Source: an uncultured Candidatus Rokubacteria bacterium
GTDB taxonomy: Bacteria > Methylomirabilota > Methylomirabilia > Rokubacteriales > DASRDR01
Assembly: GCA_963708025.1 (NCBI GenBank)
Contig: CAVPSB010000013.1
Location: forward strand, 224,001-288,000
Length of the DNA stretch: 64,000 bases
Direction of reading: 5' to 3'
Shown here one piece after another: positions 20,224 through 29,363 of this stretch. Numbering within the stretch: the first letter of the stretch is position 1; each line of letters begins with the position of its first letter. Position numbers and translations under genes: made by a program. Under the pieces are notes generated by a model, which ran no database searches, was not told the DNA's origin, and saw only the letters and a list, made by a program, of their open reading frames with translations.

Positions 20224-21225
20224 TCAGTCGTCGACCACGGCCATGTAGGGCACGCGGGCGACCGGGACCGAGCGGCTCACCTTCAGGGTGGCCGTGTCCA
20301 CGACCGACAGGTCGTCGCTCAGCCCGTTGCAGACGTAGAGCGTCTTCTCGTCGCGCGTGAGCACCACGTTCCACGGTCGCTTCCCGACGAGGGCGAAGCC
20401 GATCACCTTGCGGTCCGGCACGCTCACCACCGCCACGTGGTTGGCGCGCCCCAGGCCCACGTACGCGAGCTTGCCGTCCCGTGTCATCGTGATGCCCACC
20501 GGGGTGATCTCGTCCGGCCGAAAGCCCTTGGGCTCGAACCGGATCTCCCCGGTGACCTGGTTCGTGGCGGTGTCGATGATGCTGACGGTCCCGCCGATCT
20601 CGTTGGTGACCCAGAGCGCCTTGAGGTCAGGCGTGAGGGTGAAGCGCCGGGGCCGGTTCCCGACCAGCACGTTGGCGACGACCTTGCGGGTCGCCACGTC
20701 GATCACGTGGACCATGTGCGCCACCTCGGAGGTGACGTACACCAGCTTGCCGTTGGGATGGGCGAGGACGCCCTCCGGCTCGGCGCCGACCTTCACCGTC
20801 GCCACCTTCTTCCGGCTGGCCATGTCGAAGAACGTGAGCTCGGCGTCGTCTTCGTTGCCGACGTACATCATCTTGCCATCCGGCGAGAGGTCGAAGACCT
20901 CGGGGTCGGGGCCCACGTCCAGGTGATCGACGACCTTGAGCGACGCCACGTCGATGACGTCGACGCGATTGGAGTCACTGGCCGCCACGTACAGGAGCTT
21001 CCGGTCGGCGCTGAAGCGGAGGTGCCGGGCGCGGTTGCCGGTCTTGACCAGCGTCACCTTCGCCAGCGTCTTGCCGTCCAGCACGACGACGCCGTGGTCC
21101 CGCTCGCTGCTGACGAAGATGCGGCCGGTGTCCAGGGCGGCCGCCGGCACGGCCAGGGCGAGCGCCAGTCCCGCGAGCAGCCCCGGCAGCACCCACCCGA
21201 TCCCTTCGATGCTCGTACCTCTCAT
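20224..21225 (-). CDS. YVTN beta-propeller protein, PQQ catabolism-associated (PedA2-like)
   Basis: Signal peptide; repeats VGPDPE, YVGNEDD, VGAEPEG, YVTSE, WVTNE, YVCNGLSDD. Confidence 0.85.
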   Translation of the reverse strand: MRGTSIEGIGWVLPGLLAGLALALAVPAAALDTGRIFVSSERDHGVVVLDGKTLAKVTLVKTGNRARHLRFSADRKLLYVAASDSNRVDVIDVASLKVVDHLDVGPDPEVFDLSPDGKMMYVGNEDDAELTFFDMASRKKVATVKVGAEPEGVLAHPNGKLVYVTSEVAHMVHVIDVATRKVVANVLVGNRPRRFTLTPDLKALWVTNEIGGTVSIIDTATNQVTGEIRFEPKGFRPDEITPVGITMTRDGKLAYVGLGRANHVAVVSVPDRKVIGFALVGKRPWNVVLTRDEKTLYVCNGLSDDLSVVDTATLKVSRSVPVARVPYMAVVDD

Positions 21226-21286
21226 GAAACCTCCTCCACGAAAGTGCCGGCAGCGCCTCACGGGGTCTTCCGAGATCCCCCGACGT

Positions 21287-22099
21287 CTAGAATTCCCAGT
21301 TGAAGATCGCGATGATCCGGTAGTCGAACTCCTTGGCACTGGTCAGTGGGATCTGGACGCCGCCCCGCACGCTGGTTCGCCGCGGCAGCTTGAAGATTAT
21401 GCCGGGCGTCAGGTACACCTGGGTCCGTCCCACCAGGCTGGGCTCGTCCTCGTCGTCCTCCTGCTCATCGCCGCTTCGGGTCTGGGTGACCAGGTTCAGC
21501 TCCAGGAGCGGCGTCACCCGCCGCCACCCAGTATACGCGGCGGCCAGGTTGACCTGAAGCGACTCGGCCCCCGAGTCGGCGCCGTCGACGATCCACGCGT
21601 AGCTGACCTCGCCGATCAGGTCGATCGGCCCGAGCCCGATCCCGGCGGTGACGTACGGGGTCGCCGTCGTCGACCCGCCCAGGCCCCGGCCCTCGGACCC
21701 GGTCGGCAGCCCGAGCTCGAACCCCACCGCGAGCAGGACCGCGTACTGGATCGATTGGAACACGCGGAACCGGGCATCCAGCGCGATGTCGCCGAGGCCG
21801 ACCTCGTCGGACGCGTCCCGGGGCGACAGATAGACGAGCGGGACCTCCAGGCTGATCGAGAACGGCCGGCCGAACCGCCAGGACAGCTCGACCTCGGTCT
21901 CGAGCTCGCGCCCCTCGCGGCCCTTCTCGTAGCTGACGCTCACTTCCAGCTCGCGCTCGGGCATCGGGCTCCGGGTCACGAGGGGGTCGAAGACCCGGAC
22001 GTCGGGCTCCTCGACGTCCTGGGCCCATGCGCGGGGAGCGACGGCGGTCAGGGTGACGGCGAGGGCGAGGGGCAGGGCGGCGGACATGCGGCGCGGCAT
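21287..22099 (-). CDS. Putative outer-membrane beta-barrel transporter (MetA/phenol-degradation-like)
   Basis: Signal peptide, GLGDIAL, LPTGSEGRGLG, amphipathic strands, C-terminal F (FNWEF). Confidence 0.65.
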   Translation of the reverse strand: MPRRMSAALPLALAVTLTAVAPRAWAQDVEEPDVRVFDPLVTRSPMPERELEVSVSYEKGREGRELETEVELSWRFGRPFSISLEVPLVYLSPRDASDEVGLGDIALDARFRVFQSIQYAVLLAVGFELGLPTGSEGRGLGGSTTATPYVTAGIGLGPIDLIGEVSYAWIVDGADSGAESLQVNLAAAYTGWRRVTPLLELNLVTQTRSGDEQEDDEDEPSLVGRTQVYLTPGIIFKLPRRTSVRGGVQIPLTSAKEFDYRIIAIFNWEF

Positions 22100-22149
22100 G
22101 GGCCTCCTCGGGATCCGGGACGACGGGACGGAGGGGAGCCGAGCCCCCC

Positions 22150-22515
22150 TCACTCGGCGATCATGACGCCGCTCAGGTTCGGCGTGGAGTCGTCGTCGAC
22201 CAGCTGGTACTTGCCCGGCTTCAATGCCGGCATCTGGAGCCGCAGGGTCTGGCCGGCGCGGACCTTCTTCTCGAGCTTCAGGTTCGGGATGTCCAGCTCG
22301 TGCGTGATGTCGTCGGCGTTCGTCAGGACCAGGACGAACGGGCGGCCGGCCTTCACCTTGAGCTCGGCGGGCACGAACTTGTCCTTCTCCATGGTCAGCT
22401 TGACCTCCACCGGCGCCTGGGCGATCGCCGACGGCACCGGGATCTCCAGAAGGCCCAGGGTGAGCGCGAGCACGAAACCGGCCCCAGCCGTGCGCCTCGT
22501 CATACGACCCTCCAT
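22150..22515 (-). CDS. Periplasmic cupredoxin-domain protein lacking the Cu-ligand Cys
   Basis: FVPAELKVKAG, THEL, LKPGKYQLVDDDS, GVMIAE. Confidence 0.75.
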   Translation of the reverse strand: MEGRMTRRTAGAGFVLALTLGLLEIPVPSAIAQAPVEVKLTMEKDKFVPAELKVKAGRPFVLVLTNADDITHELDIPNLKLEKKVRAGQTLRLQMPALKPGKYQLVDDDSTPNLSGVMIAE

Positions 22516-22653
22516 GTCTCTCGTCCTCGTGGTGACCCCGCCCGGGGCCTCGGGAGCGCCCGACAGTCCGCGCCCATCCCGTCTCGCCCTCCCTTACAGG
22601 ATGGGCCACCCGGTGACAAGCCCCAGGTGGCCACCCCGGGGGTGGCCGGGTGG

Positions 22654-23346
22654 CTACGGCTCGGCCGGCGGGGAGCCTGGTGGCAGGTGAAAGTCGCGGA
22701 TCAGGCCGCGACGGACCGCTTCGACCGCGGCTTGCGTGCGGTCGGTGACCTGGAGCTTCTCGATGATGCGCTGGACGTACTTCTTGACGGTGCCGACGCT
22801 GCAGCCCAGGCGGTCCGCGGCCTCCCGGTTGGTGAGCCCGTGGGTGACCAGCGTCAGGACCTGTCGCTCCAGGGGGGTGAGCGGCTCGGCGGTCGCCCAC
22901 GACGGCGGCGACCCGGGCTCCGCCGCCACCGCCTCGACGACGCGGCTCAGGAGGCGCGGATCGATGACGGACCCGCCCTCGAGGACCGCGCGCACGGCCG
23001 CCAGGAGCTCCCGCCGGGTGATCCCCTTCAGCACGTAGCCGCTCGCCCCCAGCTTGATGGCCTCCTGGACGTAGGGGGCATGGTCGTGCATGGTGACGAT
23101 AAGAACCCGCGCGGCGGGGGCGCTCAGCTTGATCCGCCGCAGCACGGTCAGCCCGTCGAGGTCCGGGAGCTGGAGATCGAGCAGGACCAGGTCGGGCGTG
23201 AACTCCGGCACCTTGCGCACGGCCTCCTCGCCGCTCGCGGCCTCCGCCCAGGCGGCGACGTCCTCGGCCAGCATGCTCTTGAGCCCTTCCCGGACCATGG
23301 GGTGGTCGTCGACCGCCAGCACCCGCGGCTTGAGATCAGCCGGCAT
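22654..23346 (-). CDS. NarL/LuxR-family response regulator
   Basis: VDDHPMVREG, DLQLPDLDG, LTPLE...GLTNRE...TVKKY HTH. Confidence 0.9.
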   Translation of the reverse strand: MPADLKPRVLAVDDHPMVREGLKSMLAEDVAAWAEAASGEEAVRKVPEFTPDLVLLDLQLPDLDGLTVLRRIKLSAPAARVLIVTMHDHAPYVQEAIKLGASGYVLKGITRRELLAAVRAVLEGGSVIDPRLLSRVVEAVAAEPGSPPSWATAEPLTPLERQVLTLVTHGLTNREAADRLGCSVGTVKKYVQRIIEKLQVTDRTQAAVEAVRRGLIRDFHLPPGSPPAEP

Positions 23347-24319
23347 CGGCCTGGCCGGCCCCACTCCGGAGCGGGATGGTGGCGATCACCCGCGTGCCCC
23401 CGGCCGGCGCGCTGTCGATTCGGCAGGTGCCGCCCAGCAGACGCGCCCGCTCCCGCATGCTCACGAGACCGACGCCCGTGGCCACGCCCGAGTCGGGCGT
23501 GACCCGGAACCCGATCCCGGTGTCCGCGACCTCCACCACCAGCGTGTCGCGACCGGCGCGCAGGGTGACCGTGAGCCGGGAGGCCCGCGCGTGCTTGGCG
23601 GCGTTCGCGAGGGCCTCCTGGACGATGCGGTACACCGCGGTCTCCACCCGGGGCGGGAGCCGCACGTCACCGAGGTCCGAGCCGAGCTCGACCGTCCATC
23701 CCGCCTCGTGGCCGGTCTCCTCGAGCAGGGTCTTCAGCGCCGGGATCAGGCCCAAGGTCTCGAGGGTGGTCGGGCCGAGCGCGGCCAGGAGCCGGCGGGT
23801 CTCCACGATCGCCCGGTCCAGGCGGGTGCAGACCCGCTCCAGCTCGCCCTCCGCCGCCGGGGCCTGGCTGCGCCACAGGGCCTCGAACGTGTCGAGGTGC
23901 TGCTTCGCGCTCACGATCATCGGCGCCACACAGTCGTGGATGTCGTAGGCGACGAGCCGGCGCTCCTCTTCCTGGATGACCCGAAGCCGCTCCATCGCCG
24001 CCGCCAGCGCCTGCTCCTTCTCGTGCAGCGCCGCGATCACGCGCTCCAGCTCCGCCGAGCGCTGGATGGCCTGGTCCATGAGCGCGCTCTTACCCTGCCA
24101 GGCCCGGATGAAGACGAAGGTGCCAGCCAGGATCGCGAGCACCTGGCCTCCGTGCAGCACGAGCCCGAGCCAGAAGCGCATGCTCGAGGGCCCGAAGCGC
24201 TCGAGCGCCCAGATCTCCACGAACTCCTGCCCGGCGACGAGCAGGAACACCGTGGCCAGGACGAGCTCCTTGTGTCGCCCCAGCGTCTCCCCCAGGTTGC
24301 GGCGGCCGGGCCCCGTCAT
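23336..24319 (-). CDS. Sensor histidine kinase (HisKA_3 type)
   Basis: Two TM, EERRLVAYDIHD, QEALANAAKHA, DTGIGF, GLVSMRERA. Confidence 0.9.
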   Translation of the reverse strand: MTGPGRRNLGETLGRHKELVLATVFLLVAGQEFVEIWALERFGPSSMRFWLGLVLHGGQVLAILAGTFVFIRAWQGKSALMDQAIQRSAELERVIAALHEKEQALAAAMERLRVIQEEERRLVAYDIHDCVAPMIVSAKQHLDTFEALWRSQAPAAEGELERVCTRLDRAIVETRRLLAALGPTTLETLGLIPALKTLLEETGHEAGWTVELGSDLGDVRLPPRVETAVYRIVQEALANAAKHARASRLTVTLRAGRDTLVVEVADTGIGFRVTPDSGVATGVGLVSMRERARLLGGTCRIDSAPAGGTRVIATIPLRSGAGQADAG

Positions 24320-24322
24320 CGA

Positions 24323-25069
24323 TCAGCGGCGCTCGCCGCCCTTCCCGGTCAGCTCGATGAAGGCGTCGGCCACCGTGGCCTTTCCGGTCTTCTCCGTCAG
24401 CTCGGCCGGCGTGCCCTCCGACAGGAGCCGCCCCTGATGCAGCACCAGCACGCGATCCGCCCCTTCCGCCTCGTCCACGAGATGGGTCGCCCACAGGACA
24501 CCCAGACCCCGCTCGCGGCATTGGGCGTGAACGTAGTCGAGCAGCGAGCGTCGCGATGCGGGGTCCAGGCCGACCGTCGGCTCGTCCATGAGCAAGAGCC
24601 GCGGGTCGTGCAGGAGGGCCCGGGCCAGCTCCACCTTGCGGCGGTTGCCGCCGCTGAGCGTCCGGCAGAGCCGGTCGGCCTCCGCGGCCAGGCCGAGCCG
24701 CGCCAGCTCCTCCTCGATGCGGGTCCGGGCGCGCCGGCCGCCCAGGCCGTGCAGCCGGGCGTGAAAGCGCAGGTTCCCGCGGACGGTCAGGTCGAGGTCG
24801 AGGGTGGGCTGCTGGAAGACCACCCCGAGCGTGGCCAGGACGGCCACCGCGGAGCGCCGGATGTCCTGCCCGCCGACCGTGATGCGGCCGCCGTCGGCGA
24901 CGAAGAGCCCGGTCAGGAGCTGGAACAGCGTCGTCTTGCCGGCTCCGTTCGGGCCGAGCAGCGCCACGAACTCGCCCGCGTCGACGGCCAGGCTCACCCC
25001 GTCGAGCGCCTTGCGGGAGCCGTACGACTTGCTGGCCCCGTCCACCTGGAGCAGCGGGCCGGGGCTCAC
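24323..25069 (-). CDS. ABC ATP-binding protein of PQQ-ADH system (PedB-like)
   Basis: GPNGAGKTTLF, VFQQPTLDLDL, WATHLVDE. Confidence 0.85.
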   Translation of the reverse strand: MSPGPLLQVDGASKSYGSRKALDGVSLAVDAGEFVALLGPNGAGKTTLFQLLTGLFVADGGRITVGGQDIRRSAVAVLATLGVVFQQPTLDLDLTVRGNLRFHARLHGLGGRRARTRIEEELARLGLAAEADRLCRTLSGGNRRKVELARALLHDPRLLLMDEPTVGLDPASRRSLLDYVHAQCRERGLGVLWATHLVDEAEGADRVLVLHQGRLLSEGTPAELTEKTGKATVADAFIELTGKGGERR

Positions 25070-25992
25070 GCGGATCCGCCCGCCGGGGGCGCCGGATCGC
25101 CGTGCACCTGTCCCGCCAGCAGCTCGGGATGCGCCCCGAGCACGCGGTCGTGGAGGGCGCCGACGGCGGGGTCCCCGGGCTCCCGGGGCCGGGGGATCTC
25201 CACGGGCAGCTCCATGACCACCCGGCCGGGGCCACTCGACAGGAAGAGCACGCGGTCGGCCACGGCCAGGGCCTCGCGCAGCTCGTGGGTCACGTAGAGC
25301 ACCGTGGGTCGCGTCTCCTGCCAGAGGTCGAGCAGCTGGCGCCGGAGCCGCGACGCGGTCGGCGCGTCGAGCGACACCAGGGGCTCGTCCAGCAGCAAGA
25401 GCTGAGGGCGGATCGCGAAGGCCCGCGCCAGGGCGACCCGGCGCTGCATCCCGCCGGACAGCTGACCGGGAAACGCCCCCTCGACCTCGTCGAGCCCGAC
25501 GTCGCGGATGAGCTTCCGGGCCTGCGTCGTGCTCTCCGGGTCCCGCCCGAGCACCAGCCGCACGTTGTCGAGCACCGTGAGCCAGGGCATCAGGCGCGAG
25601 GCCTGGAACATGACGCCGATCCGGACGGCCGGCTGGCCGTTCCGGTGGGCCCGCTCGCCGTCCAGGTGCACGTCCCCGTCCACGGCGCGGTCGAGGCCCG
25701 CGACGACGTTCAGGAGCGTGCTCTTCCCCGCCCCGGACGGGCCCACGATGGCCACGATCTCGCCCGGCGCCGCGGTGAACCGGAGGTGCTCCAGGGCCGG
25801 GCGGGCGGCGCCGGCGTAGACCTTGCGGCGGATGTCGACCCGGAGTCCGCTCAGTTCGGGACCTCCCGCCCACCCGATCCTTCGGACGGCCTTCGGCCTT
25901 TGGCGACGGCCTTCGGCCTTTGGCCCCCCTCCCCCACTGTCCGACGGCCTTCGGCCTTTGGCCGGGGGGAGGGGGGGGCCGGAGGCACCCAT
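25066..25992 (-). CDS. NitT/TauT-type ABC ATP-binding protein; 5' end disrupted by a repeat insertion, start uncertain
   Basis: GPSGAGKS, LMPWLTV, LSGGMQRR, VTHEL; homology starts near 25853. Confidence 0.8.
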   Translation of the reverse strand: MGASGPPLPPAKGRRPSDSGGGGPKAEGRRQRPKAVRRIGWAGGPELSGLRVDIRRKVYAGAARPALEHLRFTAAPGEIVAIVGPSGAGKSTLLNVVAGLDRAVDGDVHLDGERAHRNGQPAVRIGVMFQASRLMPWLTVLDNVRLVLGRDPESTTQARKLIRDVGLDEVEGAFPGQLSGGMQRRVALARAFAIRPQLLLLDEPLVSLDAPTASRLRRQLLDLWQETRPTVLYVTHELREALAVADRVLFLSSGPGRVVMELPVEIPRPREPGDPAVGALHDRVLGAHPELLAGQVHGDPAPPAGGSA

Positions 25993-26016
25993 GCCTTCGC
26001 CCCCAACAAGCCCGGG
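25854..26016 (+). repeat. Repeat family A copy flanked by 7-bp direct repeat CCGCTCA
   Basis: CCGCTCA at 25847-25853 and 26017-26023; three GGCCTTCGGCC modules inside. Confidence 0.8.
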
Positions 26017-26020
26017 CCGC

Positions 26021-26782
26021 TCACACGCGCCAGCGGCTCAGGTGGCGCTCCATCGGCCTCAGCCCCGCGCCCTCGATCAGCAGCACCGCGGTGGCGAACG
26101 CCAGCGTGTAGGCCAGGATGCTGGTGATGTCGAAGAACTGGAAGTAGGTGCCGAGCTGGAAGCCGATCCCGTTGCTGCGACCGAGCAGTTCCACCACGAG
26201 CACGATCTTCCAGATGAGGGCGAGGCCCGAGCGGGTCGCCGCCATGAGGTAAGGGTAGAGCTGGGGCAGATAGACGCGCAGGAACGTGCGCCCGGGGGGG
26301 ACGCGGAACACCCGGGCGACGTCCAGCAGCTCCCGGTCCACGGCCCGGGCCCCCTCCCGCACGCTCACCACCACGGTGGGGATCTTGTTGAGCGCCACCG
26401 CGGTCACCGCCGCCACCTCGCCCAGCCCGAACCAGATGTAGCAGAGGATGGCGGTGACGAGAGCCGGGATGTTGAGGCCCAGGATCAGGATCCCGTCCAG
26501 TCCGGCATCGACCCAGCGGTAGCGCCCCATCAGCACGCCGCACGCGGTTCCGATCGCCATGGCCAGGACGAAGCTGACCGCGACCCGGGCCAGCGTGACC
26601 CCCAGGTGGTAGAGGAGCTCCCCGTGGACGAGGTACCGCCACATGCTCGCCAGCACCACCGCCGGCGTCGGCAGGAACGGTCGGTGGACCAGCATGGCGG
26701 CCACCTGCCAGATGAGCAGGGTCCCCAGGAGCGAGAGGATCCGGACCCACGACTCGGTGGACTTCGCCGTCGCGGCGTTCAT
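26021..26782 (-). CDS. NitT/TauT-type ABC permease
   Basis: TLARVAVSF, NIPALV, WKIVLVVELLGRSNGIG. Confidence 0.9.
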   Translation of the reverse strand: MNAATAKSTESWVRILSLLGTLLIWQVAAMLVHRPFLPTPAVVLASMWRYLVHGELLYHLGVTLARVAVSFVLAMAIGTACGVLMGRYRWVDAGLDGILILGLNIPALVTAILCYIWFGLGEVAAVTAVALNKIPTVVVSVREGARAVDRELLDVARVFRVPPGRTFLRVYLPQLYPYLMAATRSGLALIWKIVLVVELLGRSNGIGFQLGTYFQFFDITSILAYTLAFATAVLLIEGAGLRPMERHLSRWRV

Positions 26783-27804
26783 GGACCGATCGGAAAGCCG
26801 TCCCAGAAGGTTCCCGGGCTCAGGCTCCGGCTCGAGCCGACCAGCTCCTCGCCGCCCTCCCGGGCGAGGACGTCGAACACCCGACCGGCCGCCTCGACCT
26901 CCGCCGGTCCGAACCGGCGGGGCACGCCCTCGCGGAAGGCGTCGCGCAGGGCCTGCAGCCCGGGCGTGTCGCTGGCGCCGGTGAGCGGCCGGATGCGCTC
27001 CCACTCGGCGTCGGAGGTGAGCAGGATCCGCTTGGCCGCGTAGGCGGCCCGCAGGAACGCCGTCAGGGTCTTGCGGTTCTGGGCCGCCCAGCGCTCGTCG
27101 AAAACCCAGCCGAGCAGGGGCACCGCCTCCGGCACGCCGAGGCCGCGCAGGACCTCGGGGATGCCGATCAGCTCGCGCATGCCGGCCGCCTTGAGCTGGG
27201 CGCCGTACTGCCAGTAGTTCAGGACCGCGGGCAGATCGCCCCGCAGCATGAGCTCGTTCAGGAGCGGGGGGCCCCCGAAGCTCGGCTCGACCACCTTGGC
27301 CAGGTCCTCCCCGAGCACCCGGCGTCCGTAGGCCCGCAGGAGGAGCCAGCTCTTGTCCACGGGCCCCCCCGCGACACCGAGGCGCCGGCCGCGAAGGTCC
27401 GCCAGCTGCCGGATGGCGCTGTCGGGACGGACCATGATGCCGCCGACGGTGAGCGAGTAGGGAACGAAGGTGTAGGGTCGGCCCTGGGCGCGCTGCCGCG
27501 AGACCCAGATCCAGTCGGTCACGATGAGGTCCACCGCGCCGCCCTGCAGGGCGACGGACGTCGCGCCCGGCGAGGCCAGCGCGACCACCCGCGGCTCGAC
27601 GCCCTCGCGGGCCGCGAGGCCGTGGGTCTGCATGACGTCGAGCTCCCAGCTCACGGTCCCGAACTTCAGGACCCCGACCCGGACCGGCTGATCGCCCTGG
27701 GCGGCGGCCGGTCCCGGGGACAGGAGAGAGAGGCCCAGCAGGAAGGCGACGAGGAGGACGCCGGGTCTCGTTCCCGGTCGCGGGAAGGTCGTTTCGTCGG
27801 CCAC
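26779..27804 (-). CDS. NitT/TauT-type substrate-binding protein, PqqT-like (putative PQQ-binding)
   Basis: VGVLKFGTVSWEL, DWIWVSRQR, GGPVDKSWLL; located in the PQQ cluster. Confidence 0.7.
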   Translation of the reverse strand: MADETTFPRPGTRPGVLLVAFLLGLSLLSPGPAAAQGDQPVRVGVLKFGTVSWELDVMQTHGLAAREGVEPRVVALASPGATSVALQGGAVDLIVTDWIWVSRQRAQGRPYTFVPYSLTVGGIMVRPDSAIRQLADLRGRRLGVAGGPVDKSWLLLRAYGRRVLGEDLAKVVEPSFGGPPLLNELMLRGDLPAVLNYWQYGAQLKAAGMRELIGIPEVLRGLGVPEAVPLLGWVFDERWAAQNRKTLTAFLRAAYAAKRILLTSDAEWERIRPLTGASDTPGLQALRDAFREGVPRRFGPAEVEAAGRVFDVLAREGGEELVGSSRSLSPGTFWDGFPIGP

Positions 27805-28020
27805 TGGGCTCCCCCTCGAGTCAACAGCCGATTCGCGCACGCCGGAGCCACGTCCTGGCGCGCCTCGACAGCGACGCCGGCCGGCCGGCCGACAGGGACA
27901 GGGACGTCATCATCTTACATCCCCCGTTCCGGATCGGACCAGGGCCCGGGCAACGGCGGGCATCGAAACCCGATTCGCGAACATCGCACGCCGGTCAGGG
28001 TCCGGCCGGTCGTTCCATTC

Positions 28021-28113
28021 CGCTCCCTCTCCCTTCCCGGGAGAGGGTTAGGGTGAGGGTCCATCGGGGCGGCTGGTCTCCCCCCTGACCCTCTCCCCCG
28101 GTGGGGGCGAGGG
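28021..28113. repeat. Repeat family C (paired CCCTCTCCC...GGGAGAGGG hairpins)
   Basis: Two inverted hairpin units; similar unit at 52751-52853. Confidence 0.7.
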
Positions 28114-28285
28114 TAAAGAGGGGATCTGCAGGTCGTTGGATCGGCGGAGATCGCCGGAGAACGGACCCCTTACACGCTCATCGACGGCGACCCGGCCCGG
28201 GGTCGAGGCGTGGGATTTCTCTCGAAAGCGGAACGGGCGGGTCGGCTCGCGTCCGACCCGCCCGTCACCGACCGGCGCCGGCCGT

Positions 28286-29110
28286 TCAGGCCGCCGACTG
28301 GCTCAGCACCGGCTGCGCCACCTGGAGCCGCCGGAACACGTCGTTCAGCGGCTTCTGGACCTGGCTGACGTGCTCGATGACCTCCCGCAGCGCCTCCGCC
28401 ATCGCGGCGTGCTCACCGCGGAAGAACTGCGTCTCGCTCTGGAGATCCGCGACCTCCTTGCGCAGCTCGCCGATCTCCTGGCGGAGTCGCGCGCACTCCT
28501 GCTCGGCGGACTCGAGCTTGCCCCGGAGCCGCTCCCGGTCATCGAGGATGCCCGGGATCATCCGGCCGATCAGGTACTGGCTCTCCTCGATCCATCGGTC
28601 CACCCGCTGTCGGTCCTCCAGCCCTTCCATGGAGCGCCTCCCTTGGCCCGTAGGCCTCCACCTGCTGTTGGCGGATCGCGGGGCCCGCGTGGACCCCTCC
28701 TCTGAACTGGCCTCGACGATCCAGCAGAAGCGTCGATCGCGGCCCGGCCCCACCGGGCGCCGGCGCTCCTCCGCCTCCGGCCCGCGGGGCGGGCCCGATC
28801 CGAGGCGTGCCCTCCGGCGGCGGTCAACGAACACGCGAACCGCCGCGTCGCCGGCGAATTGCCGGCGCAGATGCTGCCAGAGGGCGACTTCCTCACGCGC
28901 TACGATGACCAGGTAGCGGGCGGGACGAGTCTCGGCCTCCGCCGTGCCGTCGGCGTCGGAGACCGGGGGAGGGGTCGGGTCGGGCCGCGCGGCCGACCGG
29001 TAGGGGACGATGAAACCGGCGAGGAACGGCAACCAGAGAGGCGACCAGAAGGACGGACCTCCAACGGCCAATCGCACCGCGTGGTGACTCGACCCCGAAG
29101 ACACCACCAA
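28286..29110 (-). CDS. Hypothetical protein: small 'VxVDRR' domain plus C-terminal coiled coil; possible separate start at 28630
   Basis: Strong GGGAGG RBS before MEGLEDRQ; heptad region LESAEQECARLRQEIGELRKEVADLQ. Confidence 0.55.
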   Translation of the reverse strand: MVVSSGSSHHAVRLAVGGPSFWSPLWLPFLAGFIVPYRSAARPDPTPPPVSDADGTAEAETRPARYLVIVAREEVALWQHLRRQFAGDAAVRVFVDRRRRARLGSGPPRGPEAEERRRPVGPGRDRRFCWIVEASSEEGSTRAPRSANSRWRPTGQGRRSMEGLEDRQRVDRWIEESQYLIGRMIPGILDDRERLRGKLESAEQECARLRQEIGELRKEVADLQSETQFFRGEHAAMAEALREVIEHVSQVQKPLNDVFRRLQVAQPVLSQSAA

Positions 29111-29188
29111 CTCCGCCCGACCTGCCTTCCCACCATTAGGGGTGATGCGTGGTTACGCTTACGTGTCCCTACCCGCTCGTCCGGGCAG

Positions 29189-29236
29189 GGCCCATATATC
29201 GCGGGGACGGGCTCTTCTTCGCACAACATATTGTGG
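29189..29236. promoter_or_regulatory. Tandem NrdR-box-like palindromes
   Basis: GGCCCATATATCGCGG (29189) and GCACAACATATTGTGG (29221), 32 bp apart. Confidence 0.5.
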
Positions 29237-29363
29237 GTGTCAAGCGAAAAGATGATCGCCGGGCTCGGCCGCTCGACACGCCGACCGGATGAAGCGATCA
29301 CGCGGGCTCGGATGCCGTAGACTCGCGAGCGTGCCGGCGAGAGACCCTGTCGAGTCGCCGTCG

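Noticed and set aside
25860-25965. Three close GGCCTTCGGCCTT repeats as a CRISPR array
   Set aside because: Repeats are too short, spacing is irregular, there are no cas genes, and they are part of the dispersed repeat family
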